A stretch of 59,300 nucleotides of DNA from an uncultured Planctomycetales bacterium (GTDB lineage Bacteria; Planctomycetota; Phycisphaerae; UBA1845; Fen-1342): positions 6,541 to 65,840 of the forward strand of contig CAZXUI010000010.1 in NCBI GenBank assembly GCA_964643885.1, in the 5' to 3' direction. Each line of letters starts with the position of its first letter. Position 1 is the first letter of the stretch. Below are positions 39,567 through 48,770 of the stretch, one piece after another. Below the pieces are notes generated by a model that saw only the letters and a list, made by a program, of their open reading frames with translations, did not search any database and was not told the origin of the DNA. The position numbers and the translations under genes were made by a program.

Positions 39567-41579
39567 TCACCGGCCCGCCGGCATGTACTTGTCGAACCAT
39601 CCCGCGATCGCCCGCAGGCGTTCTGCGCGGTTGTGCGGCCGCCCGCCGCGGCTCATCCCGTGCGATTCGCCTTCGAAGCGGATCAGCTCCACTTCGCGTC
39701 CGAGCACCTTCAGACAGGCGAAAAGCTGCTCGGCCTGTTCGATCGGGCAGCGCAGGTCCTGCTCCTGGTGCTCGATCAGAAGCGGTGTGCGGATGTTCTT
39801 CACGTACGTGAGCGGGCTTTGCCGCCGGAGCTGCTCCACCTTGTGCCACGGCGTGCCGCCGAACTCGTGACCGAGGTCGTAGCCGAAGTCGCTCGTGCCG
39901 AAGAGCGACTCCAGGTTGACCACGCTCCGCTGCGTCACCGCCGCGCGGAAGCGGTCCGTATGCGACACGAGCCAGTTGGTCATATAGCCGCCGTACGACC
40001 CGCCCGTAACGCCGACGCGCTTCGGGTCCACGTACGGCCGCGAGAAGAGCCAGTCGGCGACCTTCATCACGTCCCTGGCGTCCAGGTTGCCCCAGTCCGC
40101 GTGCGTGCAGTTCATGAACTTCAGCCCGTAGCCGGTGCTGCCGCGCGGGTTGGCATACGTCACGACGTACCCCTTCGCCGCCAGCCACTGCATTTCGTGG
40201 AAGAAGCTGTAGCCGTACTGTGCGTGCGGGCCGCCGTGAATCTCCAGGATCGCCGGGTACCTGCGCCGCTTGTCGAAATCCGGCGGCCGCAGCACCCAGC
40301 CCTGCACCTCCACGCCGTCGCTGCGGACGCGAAACGCCTCCGGCTCGGCGACCTCCACCCGCTCCAGCAGCCCCGCGTTCACGTGTGTCAGCCGCCGCAG
40401 GCGCCAGTTCTCGCCCGGGTCGGCCAGGTAGACATCGCCCAGGTTCGTCGCTGTGCCGATGCTCAGCGCCACGGGGCCGTCCGAGGCCGTCCGCTGCGCG
40501 AACAGAATGTTGACCTCGCCGCCGATCTCGCAGCGCATGTCGCGCTTGTCGAGCGACCGGCTGAACAGCCGCGTGGCCCCCTGCTCGCTGGCGGTGAAAT
40601 AGAGCCGCTCGCCGTCGCGCGACCAGAGCGGCGGCGTCGGCGCGAAGCCCGCCGTCGTCACATCCCCCAGCGTCGTGTTGACGCACTGCTGATCGATCTC
40701 GCGCGTCACTTCGCGCGGCTTGCCGCCGGTCGCATCCACCACCCACACCCGCGCGTTGTACTTCCACCACTCGCCCGGACCGGCCGGATCGCCGATGTAG
40801 GCGATTCGCTTGCCGTCCGGCGACCACGTGTGCGCCTTGCACGCCCCCGGCATCCGCGTGACCTTCTTCAGCCCGCCGCCGCTGACACGCACCACGTAGA
40901 TGTCCGCGTTCTCCGTGTACAGGTCGGGATTCTCCACGCGGTTGGACGTGAACGAGACCAGCCGCCCGTCGGGGCTGAAGTTCGGCTCGCTGTCGTCGTA
41001 GTCGCCGAACGTAAGCTGCCTCGGCTTGCCGCCGGCCGCGGAGACGACATAGACGTGCCGCCGCTGGCCGTTCCACCAGCCCTCGCCGTCGAGCTTGTGT
41101 TGCAGCCGGGTGATGCGCTTGATCTGCGGCCGCCGCTTGAGTTCATCCTTCTTCTCGTCGCGCTCGAGTTTCTGCCGCTCGTTCATCGCCTGCCAGGTGT
41201 AGGCGATGCGGCGGCCGTCCGGTGAGAAGGCGAAATCGGCGACGAAGCCGTCATTGTCCGTCAGCCGTCGCGGCTCGCCGCCGTCCATCGGCAACACCCA
41301 CAGCGTCGCGCCCTTGTCGCGCGTCGAGACGAAGCCGATCCGTGTCCCGTCGGGCGACCACTTCGGCAGGAGGTCGTTGTGCTTGCCCGCGGCGGTCAGC
41401 GCCCGCGGCTCGCCGCCGGCCACATCCACGATCATGAGCTGCGTGTAGTTCTGGTTCTCGTCCAGGTCCGCCCGCTTCAGCTCGAAGACGACCTGCCGCC
41501 CGTCGGGCGAGAGCGCCACCCGCCCGACCGCCTTCAGCTCGTGCAGGTCCTCGAGACGCATCAACCGCTTCCTGGCCAT
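39567..41579 (-). CDS. S9-family serine peptidase (prolyl oligopeptidase / acylaminoacyl-peptidase-like) with an N-terminal beta-propeller.
   Basis: 670 aa. TolB-like repeats (SPDG…). C-terminal alpha/beta hydrolase with GGSYGGYMTNWLV (GxSxGG nucleophile elbow). Confidence 0.85.
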   Translation of the reverse strand: MARKRLMRLEDLHELKAVGRVALSPDGRQVVFELKRADLDENQNYTQLMIVDVAGGEPRALTAAGKHNDLLPKWSPDGTRIGFVSTRDKGATLWVLPMDGGEPRRLTDNDGFVADFAFSPDGRRIAYTWQAMNERQKLERDEKKDELKRRPQIKRITRLQHKLDGEGWWNGQRRHVYVVSAAGGKPRQLTFGDYDDSEPNFSPDGRLVSFTSNRVENPDLYTENADIYVVRVSGGGLKKVTRMPGACKAHTWSPDGKRIAYIGDPAGPGEWWKYNARVWVVDATGGKPREVTREIDQQCVNTTLGDVTTAGFAPTPPLWSRDGERLYFTASEQGATRLFSRSLDKRDMRCEIGGEVNILFAQRTASDGPVALSIGTATNLGDVYLADPGENWRLRRLTHVNAGLLERVEVAEPEAFRVRSDGVEVQGWVLRPPDFDKRRRYPAILEIHGGPHAQYGYSFFHEMQWLAAKGYVVTYANPRGSTGYGLKFMNCTHADWGNLDARDVMKVADWLFSRPYVDPKRVGVTGGSYGGYMTNWLVSHTDRFRAAVTQRSVVNLESLFGTSDFGYDLGHEFGGTPWHKVEQLRRQSPLTYVKNIRTPLLIEHQEQDLRCPIEQAEQLFACLKVLGREVELIRFEGESHGMSRGGRPHNRAERLRAIAGWFDKYMPAGR

Positions 41580-41773
41580 GGGAGACTCCGGGGCCGCAGA
41601 GCGACCCGTCTGATTGCCGCCCGCGCTGCGGCCGCGGGCGATGGGAAGCGACCACTATAGCCGCCCCACGCCCGCCCGGCACGGCACGGCCGCATCGCGG
41701 CTGGACACGGCGGGCCAGTCAGATAGGATTCGCTTGCGGGCCGCCGGCCTGCGTCCGACGCTCAGGTGATCGC

Positions 41774-42610
41774 ATGAAACCACTGCTCATCGTTCCGCCG
41801 GCGCCGGCGCGCTGGACGGCGATCGAGAATCTCCTCGCCGAGCAGCGTCCCGCCTGGCTCGCGGACCTGAAGCGCCGTATCTGCGACGCGCTTCCCGGCG
41901 CACGCGACGCGATGGCCGTGATTCCGAACGGCGGGCAGGTCGTGGCGGCGGCGTGCATCCGCCGGACGCACGATGTCGGCGTGCTCGGCGACCTGCTGAC
42001 GCACGCTGCGCACCGTGGCAAAGGCCACGCGCGGCGGCTGCTTCAGATCCTGCTCTCCTGGTTCGACATGACCGGCGGGCACTGGCTCTACACGACCTGC
42101 GACGCCCCGCTCTATGCCGGCATCTTCGAGAAGTTCGGCTTTCAGCCGCTGCATCACGCCGCTCACGACGGCCGCGAGGTGCTGACCGTCATCCGCACGC
42201 CGGCGACGGTGCGCGGCGGGCCGCTGCCGGCCGAGGGGGAGGCGCAGGTGCGGGCGCTGTCGCGGGCGGATTGGCCGCTGCTGGTGGCGCTGCTTCAGCA
42301 CCGCGCGGGGCCGGACCCGCGTGTGCCGCTGGCGGAGTCAGCGGTGGCGGCGGAGACGAGCACGATGGAGCTGATCAACCAGGTGGAGCAGGGGACGGCG
42401 GCGCTGCTGGGCGCGGAGATTTCGGGGCGGATCGTGGCGGCGGGGAGCGTGGCGACGGACCAGCTCGGGCAGCGGACGTTTGCGATGTGCTGGCCGCACG
42501 AGCCGCCGAGCGCGGTATTGCGGGCGGCGGTGATCGAGCTGGCGGCGTCGAAAGGGTACGATAAGGTCGATTTCCCGATGGAAATTCTTGCATCCGAGGG
42601 GGGGGCCTGA
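41774..42610 (+). CDS. GNAT-family N-acetyltransferase (two-domain).
   Basis: LLTHAAHRGKGHARRLLQ acetyl-CoA-binding-like motif. Weak family-level call. Confidence 0.5.
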   Translation: MKPLLIVPPAPARWTAIENLLAEQRPAWLADLKRRICDALPGARDAMAVIPNGGQVVAAACIRRTHDVGVLGDLLTHAAHRGKGHARRLLQILLSWFDMTGGHWLYTTCDAPLYAGIFEKFGFQPLHHAAHDGREVLTVIRTPATVRGGPLPAEGEAQVRALSRADWPLLVALLQHRAGPDPRVPLAESAVAAETSTMELINQVEQGTAALLGAEISGRIVAAGSVATDQLGQRTFAMCWPHEPPSAVLRAAVIELAASKGYDKVDFPMEILASEGGA

Positions 42611-42839
42611 CGTTTTTTGGCGAATCGAGCCGTGCTTTGGGGCGGCGGGGCGCGAAACGAGCGTTGGGTGCGGCGAGAAGAGCAGCAAGCAGGTCCGCCG
42701 GCGGGACAGAGCCGCGACCGTGAGGGAGCGGGCGCATTCGAGAGCGCTTTCCGCGCCCACGCGCCGAGACGCGTACACCTAAAATCGACCAACCAGCGGC
42801 TGAGATAGGTGGATGTCACCTGGCGCTGGCGCGGGCGGT

Positions 42840-42990
42840 GCGCTAGCGCCAGCCCGATCCCTTACGGTCGCGGCTCGGAGCAGGCAGGCGGTCGCGGCTC
42901 GGATCATGCGGGCGGAACAGGCGATTGGTGCGTCGAGGGAAGCACCCAACGGGCTGCGGGCGCCCCTCAATCCCTAAAACGGAACCCCCT
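42840..42990. repeat. Terminator-region repeat family (gtcgcggctcggagcag … atgcgggcgg … gtgcgtcgaggg … cctcaatccct) in a convergent intergenic region.
   Basis: The same modules recur at 55300-55500 and 58290-58470. Confidence 0.6.
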
Positions 42991-44485
42991 CTTCGCTGCC
43001 GTACTCGGCCTCGCGGACCTGCTCGAAGCGGGGGACGCCGGCGGGGTCGTAGTTCTCGAAACGGGTGTAGCGGCGGTTGAAGAGCAGCTCGACCGTGCCG
43101 GTCGGGCCGTTGCGCTGCTTGGCGACGATCACCTCGGCCTTGTTGTCCTCGATGTCGCCCGCGGGCGGACCGCCATCGCCCGAACCCGCTGCCCGCGCCC
43201 GGTCCTGGTAGTAGGACTCGCGGTGCAGCAGCATGATCACGTCGGCATCCTGCTCGATCGCCCCGCTTTCGCGCAGGTCGCTCATCCGCGGGCGGTTGCC
43301 GGTGCGCTCCTCCGGGTTGCGGTTGAGCTGGGCCATGGCGATGACGGGCACGTCGAGGTCCTTGGCGACGGCCTTGAGGCCGCGCGAGATCTCGGCCACC
43401 TCCATCTGGCGGCTCTCCTTGCCGGGCGAGTGCATGAGCTGGAGGTAGTCGACCATGACGACGCGGATGCCGAACTTGCGGGCGGCGATGCGGGCGCGGG
43501 CCCGCAGCTCCAGGATGGTCAGCCCCGGCGTGTCGTCGACGTAGAGCGGCTTGTCCTTCAGGTCGCCGGCGGCGGCCTTGAGCCGCTCGATCTCCTCTGC
43601 GCTGAGGCGGGCCTTGCGCAGCCGGTGGGCGTCGACATGAGCCCGGCCGCAGAGAATCCGCTCGGCCAGGGCGGCCCGGCTCATCTCCAGTGAGAAGAAG
43701 AGCACGGAAACGGGGTCGCGCGGGCGGAGGGCCATGTTCTCGGCAATGTTCAGGCCGAGGGCGGTTTTTCCCATTGAGGGCCGGCCGGCGACGATGATCA
43801 GCTCCGACTTGTGCAGGCCGGAGGTGATCTCGTCGAGGGCGTAGAAGCCGGTGGCCTCGCCCTCGTGCTTCTGCTTGAGCTCGATGCGGCGGAAGAGCTC
43901 GTCGACGTGCTGCATGAGGGTGCCGGCGTCGTTGGTGACGCGCTGCTGGGTGACATTGAATATGGCGGCCTCGGCCTCGTCGAGAATCTGCTGGGCGGGG
44001 GCGGCGTCCTCCATGGCCCGGTTCATGACGTGCCAGCTCGCGTTGACGAGCTGGCGCAGCAGGTGCTTGTCGCGGACGATGCGGGCGTAGTGGCCGACGC
44101 GCTGGGCGGAGGGGACGGAGCCGATCAGCCCGGCGAGGAACTCGTAGCCGCCGAGCTCTTCGAACATCTGCTTGCGCTGGAGCTCGTCCTTGATGACCAC
44201 GCCGTCGAGCGGGTGGCCGAGCTTCCAGAGGTCGACGATGTGCTCATAGAGCTTCTGGTGCTTGTCGGACCAGAAGAAGGGGCGGGACAGGTCGTTGAGC
44301 GCGGCGATCGCCTCGCCGATCGCGCCCTCCTCGAGCAGCATCGAGCCGAGCAGGGCGCGTTCGGCATCCAGCGAGTGCGGCAGCGGCCGGTCGGCCGCGG
44401 GCGCGGCGTTCTCAGGCCTGGGACTCGTCGGCGGGCTGGCCGTCCGCTCCGGCCCGTTCGTCTGCCTGCTCTGCTCCTTCGCCAT
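42974..44485 (-). CDS. dnaB: Replicative DNA helicase DnaB.
   Basis: N-terminal LPHSLDAERALLGSMLL. Walker A GRPSMGKTALGLN. Conserved LEMS, DYLQLM and a RecA-like fold. Start at MAKEQ overlaps the rplI 3' end by 74 nt, so the true start may be a downstream GTG or TTG. Confidence 0.85.
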   Translation of the reverse strand: MAKEQSRQTNGPERTASPPTSPRPENAAPAADRPLPHSLDAERALLGSMLLEEGAIGEAIAALNDLSRPFFWSDKHQKLYEHIVDLWKLGHPLDGVVIKDELQRKQMFEELGGYEFLAGLIGSVPSAQRVGHYARIVRDKHLLRQLVNASWHVMNRAMEDAAPAQQILDEAEAAIFNVTQQRVTNDAGTLMQHVDELFRRIELKQKHEGEATGFYALDEITSGLHKSELIIVAGRPSMGKTALGLNIAENMALRPRDPVSVLFFSLEMSRAALAERILCGRAHVDAHRLRKARLSAEEIERLKAAAGDLKDKPLYVDDTPGLTILELRARARIAARKFGIRVVMVDYLQLMHSPGKESRQMEVAEISRGLKAVAKDLDVPVIAMAQLNRNPEERTGNRPRMSDLRESGAIEQDADVIMLLHRESYYQDRARAAGSGDGGPPAGDIEDNKAEVIVAKQRNGPTGTVELLFNRRYTRFENYDPAGVPRFEQVREAEYGSEEGVPF

Positions 44486-44942
44486 CGCCGACCGCTCCTC
44501 CCTCGCGAACGACCCAGAGCTTGATCTGGGCGGAGATATCGTCCGTGAACTCGAGCTTGATCGTGCGATTATCCAGAGTGCGGATGGGCGCTGCAATAGC
44601 AACATGCTCCGGCAGGATGGGGAATCCCATCTGCTGGAGAGCGTGCGCGATCTCGCGTGCGCCGACGGAGCCGTAGAGCGTGCCTTCGGGGTTGGCGGCG
44701 GCCTCGATCGTGACGGTCACGTCGACGAGCCTGGCGGCCAGCTCCTCGAACGCCTTCATCTGGCGGGCCCGTTCGGCCGCGGCGGCGACCTTGGCGCTTT
44801 CGATAGCCTTGATGTTTTCCTCGGTTGGCTCGGTGGCGAGCCGCCCGGGCAGGAGGTAGTTTCGCGCGTAGCCGGCCCGCACGTCGACGATATCGCCGAT
44901 GTGGCCGAGCTTGCGCACGTCCTTGAGCAGAAGCAGACGCAT
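44412..44942 (-). CDS. rplI: 50S ribosomal protein L9 with an acidic C-terminal extension.
   Basis: MRLLLLKDVRKLGHIGDIVDVRAGYARNYLLP is the canonical L9 N-terminus. Confidence 0.9.
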   Translation of the reverse strand: MRLLLLKDVRKLGHIGDIVDVRAGYARNYLLPGRLATEPTEENIKAIESAKVAAAAERARQMKAFEELAARLVDVTVTIEAAANPEGTLYGSVGAREIAHALQQMGFPILPEHVAIAAPIRTLDNRTIKLEFTDDISAQIKLWVVREGGAVGDGEGAEQADERAGADGQPADESQA

Positions 44943-45010
44943 ATTCTCACCTTCCCCGGCGGCCGGGCGAACCGGCCGCGGGCCCAAAAAGACCGGCCGA
45001 AGAGCGGCGA

Positions 45011-45277
45011 CTAACTGACGAACGGCATCAGCGCGATGAATCGGGCGCGCTTGAGCGCCAGCGAGAGCTTGCGCTGCATCATCGCGTCCATGCCGGAGCG
45101 TTTGCGCGAAAAGAGCTTGCCCTGCGCGGTCGTGAAGCGCTGAAGCAGAGCGACATCCTTGTAGTCGATCTCTTCGGGCTTGACGCGCGCCCCGCGGATC
45201 TTGCCCGCGTCCGACGGACGACGCGACTTCTTACGCTTCTTCTTCGCGGCACCCGGCCGCATTCCTGGTCGTGGCAT
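45011..45277 (-). CDS. rpsR: 30S ribosomal protein S18.
   Basis: 88 aa with the conserved IDYKDVALLQRFTTAQGKLFSRKRSG motif. Confidence 0.9.
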   Translation of the reverse strand: MPRPGMRPGAAKKKRKKSRRPSDAGKIRGARVKPEEIDYKDVALLQRFTTAQGKLFSRKRSGMDAMMQRKLSLALKRARFIALMPFVS

Positions 45278-45388
45278 TGCTACTCACCTCGGTCTACAAA
45301 CAGTCCGGCACAGGGCCGGTTACCTTGTCAACGTTCGCTCACTCGCCGCCGCGATCCGACGCGGGCGGCGCGGCCGACGACGCCCCGA

Positions 45389-45856
45389 TCAGAAGGGGAT
45401 GTTGTCGGAATCGGGCGGTCCTTCCTCGCGGACGGGCTCCATCGGCGGTCGCTCGCCGCCGCGGGTCGGCGCGGCGGCGCGGGCCGGCGCGTCGCCGCCC
45501 GAGCCGCCGGAGCCGCCGCCGCCTTCGCGCGAGCCGACGAAGGTGAAGTTCTCCACGACGATCGCGTGCTTGGATCGCTTGGAGCCGTCCTGGGCCGTCC
45601 AGGTGTCGTACTTGAGGCGGCCCTCGATCAGTATCGGCCGGCCCTTGGTCATGTACTGGTTGATCGTCTCGCCGGCCCGGCCGAAGGCGGAGACGTCGAC
45701 GAAGCAGGTGTCCTCACGCTGGTTGCCGTCGCGGTCGCGCCAGCGGTGGTTGACCGCCAGGCCGAACTCGCAGACCGCCATGTTGCTCGGCAGATAACGC
45801 AGCTCCGGATCACGTGTCAGGTTGCCGAGCAGAATCACCTTGTTGAAACTGGCCAT
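45389..45856 (-). CDS. ssb: Single-stranded DNA-binding protein.
   Basis: OB fold (MASFNKVILLGNLTRDPELRY…). Gly-rich tail ending DIPF. Confidence 0.9.
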   Translation of the reverse strand: MASFNKVILLGNLTRDPELRYLPSNMAVCEFGLAVNHRWRDRDGNQREDTCFVDVSAFGRAGETINQYMTKGRPILIEGRLKYDTWTAQDGSKRSKHAIVVENFTFVGSREGGGGSGGSGGDAPARAAAPTRGGERPPMEPVREEGPPDSDNIPF

Positions 45857-45946
45857 GGCTCTGTCCTGTGAAAGCAGCGCGGGTCCGAATCCGCCGGCCG
45901 GCGCGACACCCCATCGGCTCGGACGGGCGGGAGACCCGGCGCGAAG

Positions 45947-46498
45947 TCAGTCGGTCCCTTCCTCGATCATTCCGGTCTCGGGTTTCTCCTCGCCGGCTGG
46001 GGACGATTCGTCGCGGGGATGGCGCTCGCGGCGCCCCTCGCGCCGGCCGCCGTCGCGATCGTCCCGCCGGCCGCCGTCGCGATCGTCCCGCCGGCCGCCG
46101 TCGCGGTCGTCCCGCCGGCCGCCGTCGCGGTCGTCGCGGCGCGACTCGCTGGAGAGCGGCTGGAGCGGCTTGTCGGGCGGCCAGGCCTTGAGCTCCTCGA
46201 GCTTTTCGGCGGTGATCGTGTCGTTGCGGAGCACGAGCACGCGCAGGATCGACTCGCTCAGGCGGGCGTCCCGCTCGAGGTCGCCGATCTTGTCCGGCGG
46301 GGCGTCGAAGTAGGTGAGCACGTACGTGCCGCGCTTGCGGCCGTTGATCTCGTAGGCGAGCTTGCGCTCGTCGAACTTGACGCAGACGTGCACCTGGGCG
46401 CCGATTCGCTCGGAGAGGCGGCGCACCTCACGCTCCACCGCGGGCCATTCGTACGCAACCGCGTTGTCGAACAGAAACATCCCTTCGTAACGCTTCAA
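45947..46498 (-). CDS. rpsF: 30S ribosomal protein S6 with a C-terminal RRDDRDGG x4 repeat extension.
   Basis: MKRYEGMFLFDNAV…YVLTYFDAPPD is the S6 core. The tail is encoded by a 24-bp DNA tandem repeat around 46040-46150. Confidence 0.85.
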   Translation of the reverse strand: MKRYEGMFLFDNAVAYEWPAVEREVRRLSERIGAQVHVCVKFDERKLAYEINGRKRGTYVLTYFDAPPDKIGDLERDARLSESILRVLVLRNDTITAEKLEELKAWPPDKPLQPLSSESRRDDRDGGRRDDRDGGRRDDRDGGRRDDRDGGRREGRRERHPRDESSPAGEEKPETGMIEEGTD

Positions 46499-47130
46499 GA
46501 CGACTCTCCTTGTGCCGCACCCGCCTCGGGCGGCTCCGGTTTTCGGCGCGGCGGCGGGCCATCCGCACGCCGATTGAATCGATTCATGGCCGCGGTGAGG
46601 TCCTCACGCAGCCAGCACTCGACCGCATCCGCGGCCGTCCAGACCGCCTGCTCGGCGCTCTCGCGCTCGTCCGGGGCGAACGTGCCCAGAACGTGATCGA
46701 CCGTGGCCGAGCGGTGCACCTTGCCGATGCCGACGCGGATGCGGGCGATCTCCTGCGATCCCATGTGCCGCAGCACGTCCTCCATTCCCTTCTGGCCGCC
46801 GGACGAGCCGCCCGCACGTATGCGGATCTGCCCGACCGGCAGGTCCACGTCGTCATACACCACGAGCAGGTCGTCCAGGGCGACCTTGTAGAAGCGACAC
46901 GCGGCAGCGACGCTGCGGCCGCTCAGGTTCATGTACGTCTGCGGCTTGAGCAGCAGCACCCGCTGGGAACCGACGGTCGCCTCGCCGAGCAGCGCCTCGA
47001 AGTGCCGGTCGAAGCGATCGACCGCCACGCCCCAGCGCCGCGCCAGCTCGTCGACGACGACGAAGCCGACATTGTGCCGCGACCGGGCGTATCGCGGACC
47101 CGGGTTGCCCAAGCCGGCCACCAATTTCAC
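46495..47130 (-). CDS. pth: Peptidyl-tRNA hydrolase.
   Basis: MKLVAGLGNPGPRYARSRHNVGF is the canonical Pth N-terminus. Confidence 0.9.
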   Translation of the reverse strand: MKLVAGLGNPGPRYARSRHNVGFVVVDELARRWGVAVDRFDRHFEALLGEATVGSQRVLLLKPQTYMNLSGRSVAAACRFYKVALDDLLVVYDDVDLPVGQIRIRAGGSSGGQKGMEDVLRHMGSQEIARIRVGIGKVHRSATVDHVLGTFAPDERESAEQAVWTAADAVECWLREDLTAAMNRFNRRADGPPPRRKPEPPEAGAAQGESS

Positions 47131-47135
47131 GGCCG

Positions 47136-47780
47136 CTACTCACCCTCCGACTCTTCCTTGGCGACGCGGCCGATGACTTCCGGCTCGGCCGGCGCGGCCT
47201 CACCCTCGGGCGCGGCGGCGGGCGCGGCGGCGGCGACCTTCTTGAGCCGCACGGCGCAGACGACGGTATCGGGTGAGTCCAAGGCCTTGACGCCGGGCGG
47301 CAGTTGCAGCTCGCCGACGTGCAGGGCCTGGCCGATGGCCAGGTCGGCGACGTTCACGCGGATGACGTCGGGTATCTCGAGCAGGCCGCACTCGATGTCG
47401 AGGTCGGTGATCAGGTGGTGCAGCTCGCCGCCCTCGCGCACGCCGATGGGCGTGCCCTTGAGCTCGATGGCGACCTTGACCTCGACGCGCTCCTCGGCGT
47501 CGACGCGCATCAGGTCGACGTGCAGGGCGTCCTTCTGAAGGTGGTCATACTGAACTTCCTTGATCAGGTAGCGCTCGCTGCGGGCGTCGAGCTTGACCTC
47601 GATCACGTGCGAGTGGTTTTCGAGGGCCAGGTCGAGATCGTGCCGCACGAGGGCGATCGTCTCGGGCGCCTCGCCGTGGCCGTATACGACCGCCGGAATG
47701 AGGCCGCGGCGGCGAAGCCGCTCGTTGGCGTGCCGCCCGCCGGGCTTTCGAACTTCTCCCTGAATCGTCGCGATCTGCAT
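47136..47780 (-). CDS. rplY: 50S ribosomal protein L25 / general stress protein Ctc.
   Basis: N-terminal L25 domain (RKPGGRHANERLRRRGLIPAVVYG) plus a Ctc-type C-terminal domain. Confidence 0.85.
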   Translation of the reverse strand: MQIATIQGEVRKPGGRHANERLRRRGLIPAVVYGHGEAPETIALVRHDLDLALENHSHVIEVKLDARSERYLIKEVQYDHLQKDALHVDLMRVDAEERVEVKVAIELKGTPIGVREGGELHHLITDLDIECGLLEIPDVIRVNVADLAIGQALHVGELQLPPGVKALDSPDTVVCAVRLKKVAAAAPAAAPEGEAAPAEPEVIGRVAKEESEGE

Positions 47781-47825
47781 CGCTGCTGCTCCTTGACTGC
47801 TCGGGCCGCCTGGCCCGCTACTGGC

Positions 47826-48770
47826 TCACTTGATGAACAGGCTGCTCACCGACTCGTTGCGGTGAATCCGCCGGATCGCCTCACCCATCAGCTCGCTGAC
47901 CGTCAGCACGGTCAGGTTCGGCAGCCGCCGGCGGGCCTCGTCGCTGAGCGGAATCGTGTCGCAGATGGCCAGGTGGTCGATCTGCGCCTCGGCCAGCCGC
48001 TCGACGGCCGGGCCGCAGAGCACGCCGTGCGTGGCCGTGACGATGACGCGCTTGGCGCCGCGCTCGCGCACCAGGCGGCAGGCCTGAACGACGGTGCCGG
48101 CGGTGGCGATGATGTCGTCGACCATCAGGACCGTCCGCCCCTTGACGTCGCCGATGATGTTGTAGCTGAGTGCCTCGGAGCCGCTCAGCCGGCGCTTGTC
48201 GATGATCGCCAGCTCGCCGCCGAGCCGCTCGGCATAGACACGGGCGCGCTTGGCGTTGCCGATATCGGGGCTGACGAGCGTGACCGGGCCGACGGCGAGC
48301 GACTCGAAGAAGGCGGTGATGACCGGCTCGGCGGAGAGATTGTCCACCGGAATGTCGAAGAAACCCTGAATCTGGGCGGCGTGCAGGTCGAGCGTGAGCA
48401 CGCGGCTGGCGCCCGCGACGGTCATCAGATTCGCGACCAGCTTGGCGGTGATGGGCACGCGGCCCTCGTCCTTGCGATCCTGGCGGGCGTAGCCGAAATA
48501 GGGCATCACCACGGTGATGCGCTTGGCGCTGGCCCGCTTGAGGCAGTCGATGTAGATCAGCAGCTCCATCAGGTTCTCGTTGCCGGGGTGACACGTGCTC
48601 TGCACGACGAACGTGTCGCGGCCGCGGACATCCTCATAGAGCTTCAGCGAAATCTCGCCGTCGGGGAAATTCTCGAGCTGAACGCCGCCCAGCTCGATGC
48701 CGAGGTAATTGACGATCCGCTCCGCCAGGCGCGGGTTGCTGCGGCCGGAGAAGACGCGCAGGTCTTTCAT
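47826..48770 (-). CDS. prs: Ribose-phosphate pyrophosphokinase.
   Basis: Start at MKDLRVFSGRSNP. PRPP-binding motif LMVDDIIATAGT. GAGGTGG RBS. Confidence 0.9.
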   Translation of the reverse strand: MKDLRVFSGRSNPRLAERIVNYLGIELGGVQLENFPDGEISLKLYEDVRGRDTFVVQSTCHPGNENLMELLIYIDCLKRASAKRITVVMPYFGYARQDRKDEGRVPITAKLVANLMTVAGASRVLTLDLHAAQIQGFFDIPVDNLSAEPVITAFFESLAVGPVTLVSPDIGNAKRARVYAERLGGELAIIDKRRLSGSEALSYNIIGDVKGRTVLMVDDIIATAGTVVQACRLVRERGAKRVIVTATHGVLCGPAVERLAEAQIDHLAICDTIPLSDEARRRLPNLTVLTVSELMGEAIRRIHRNESVSSLFIK

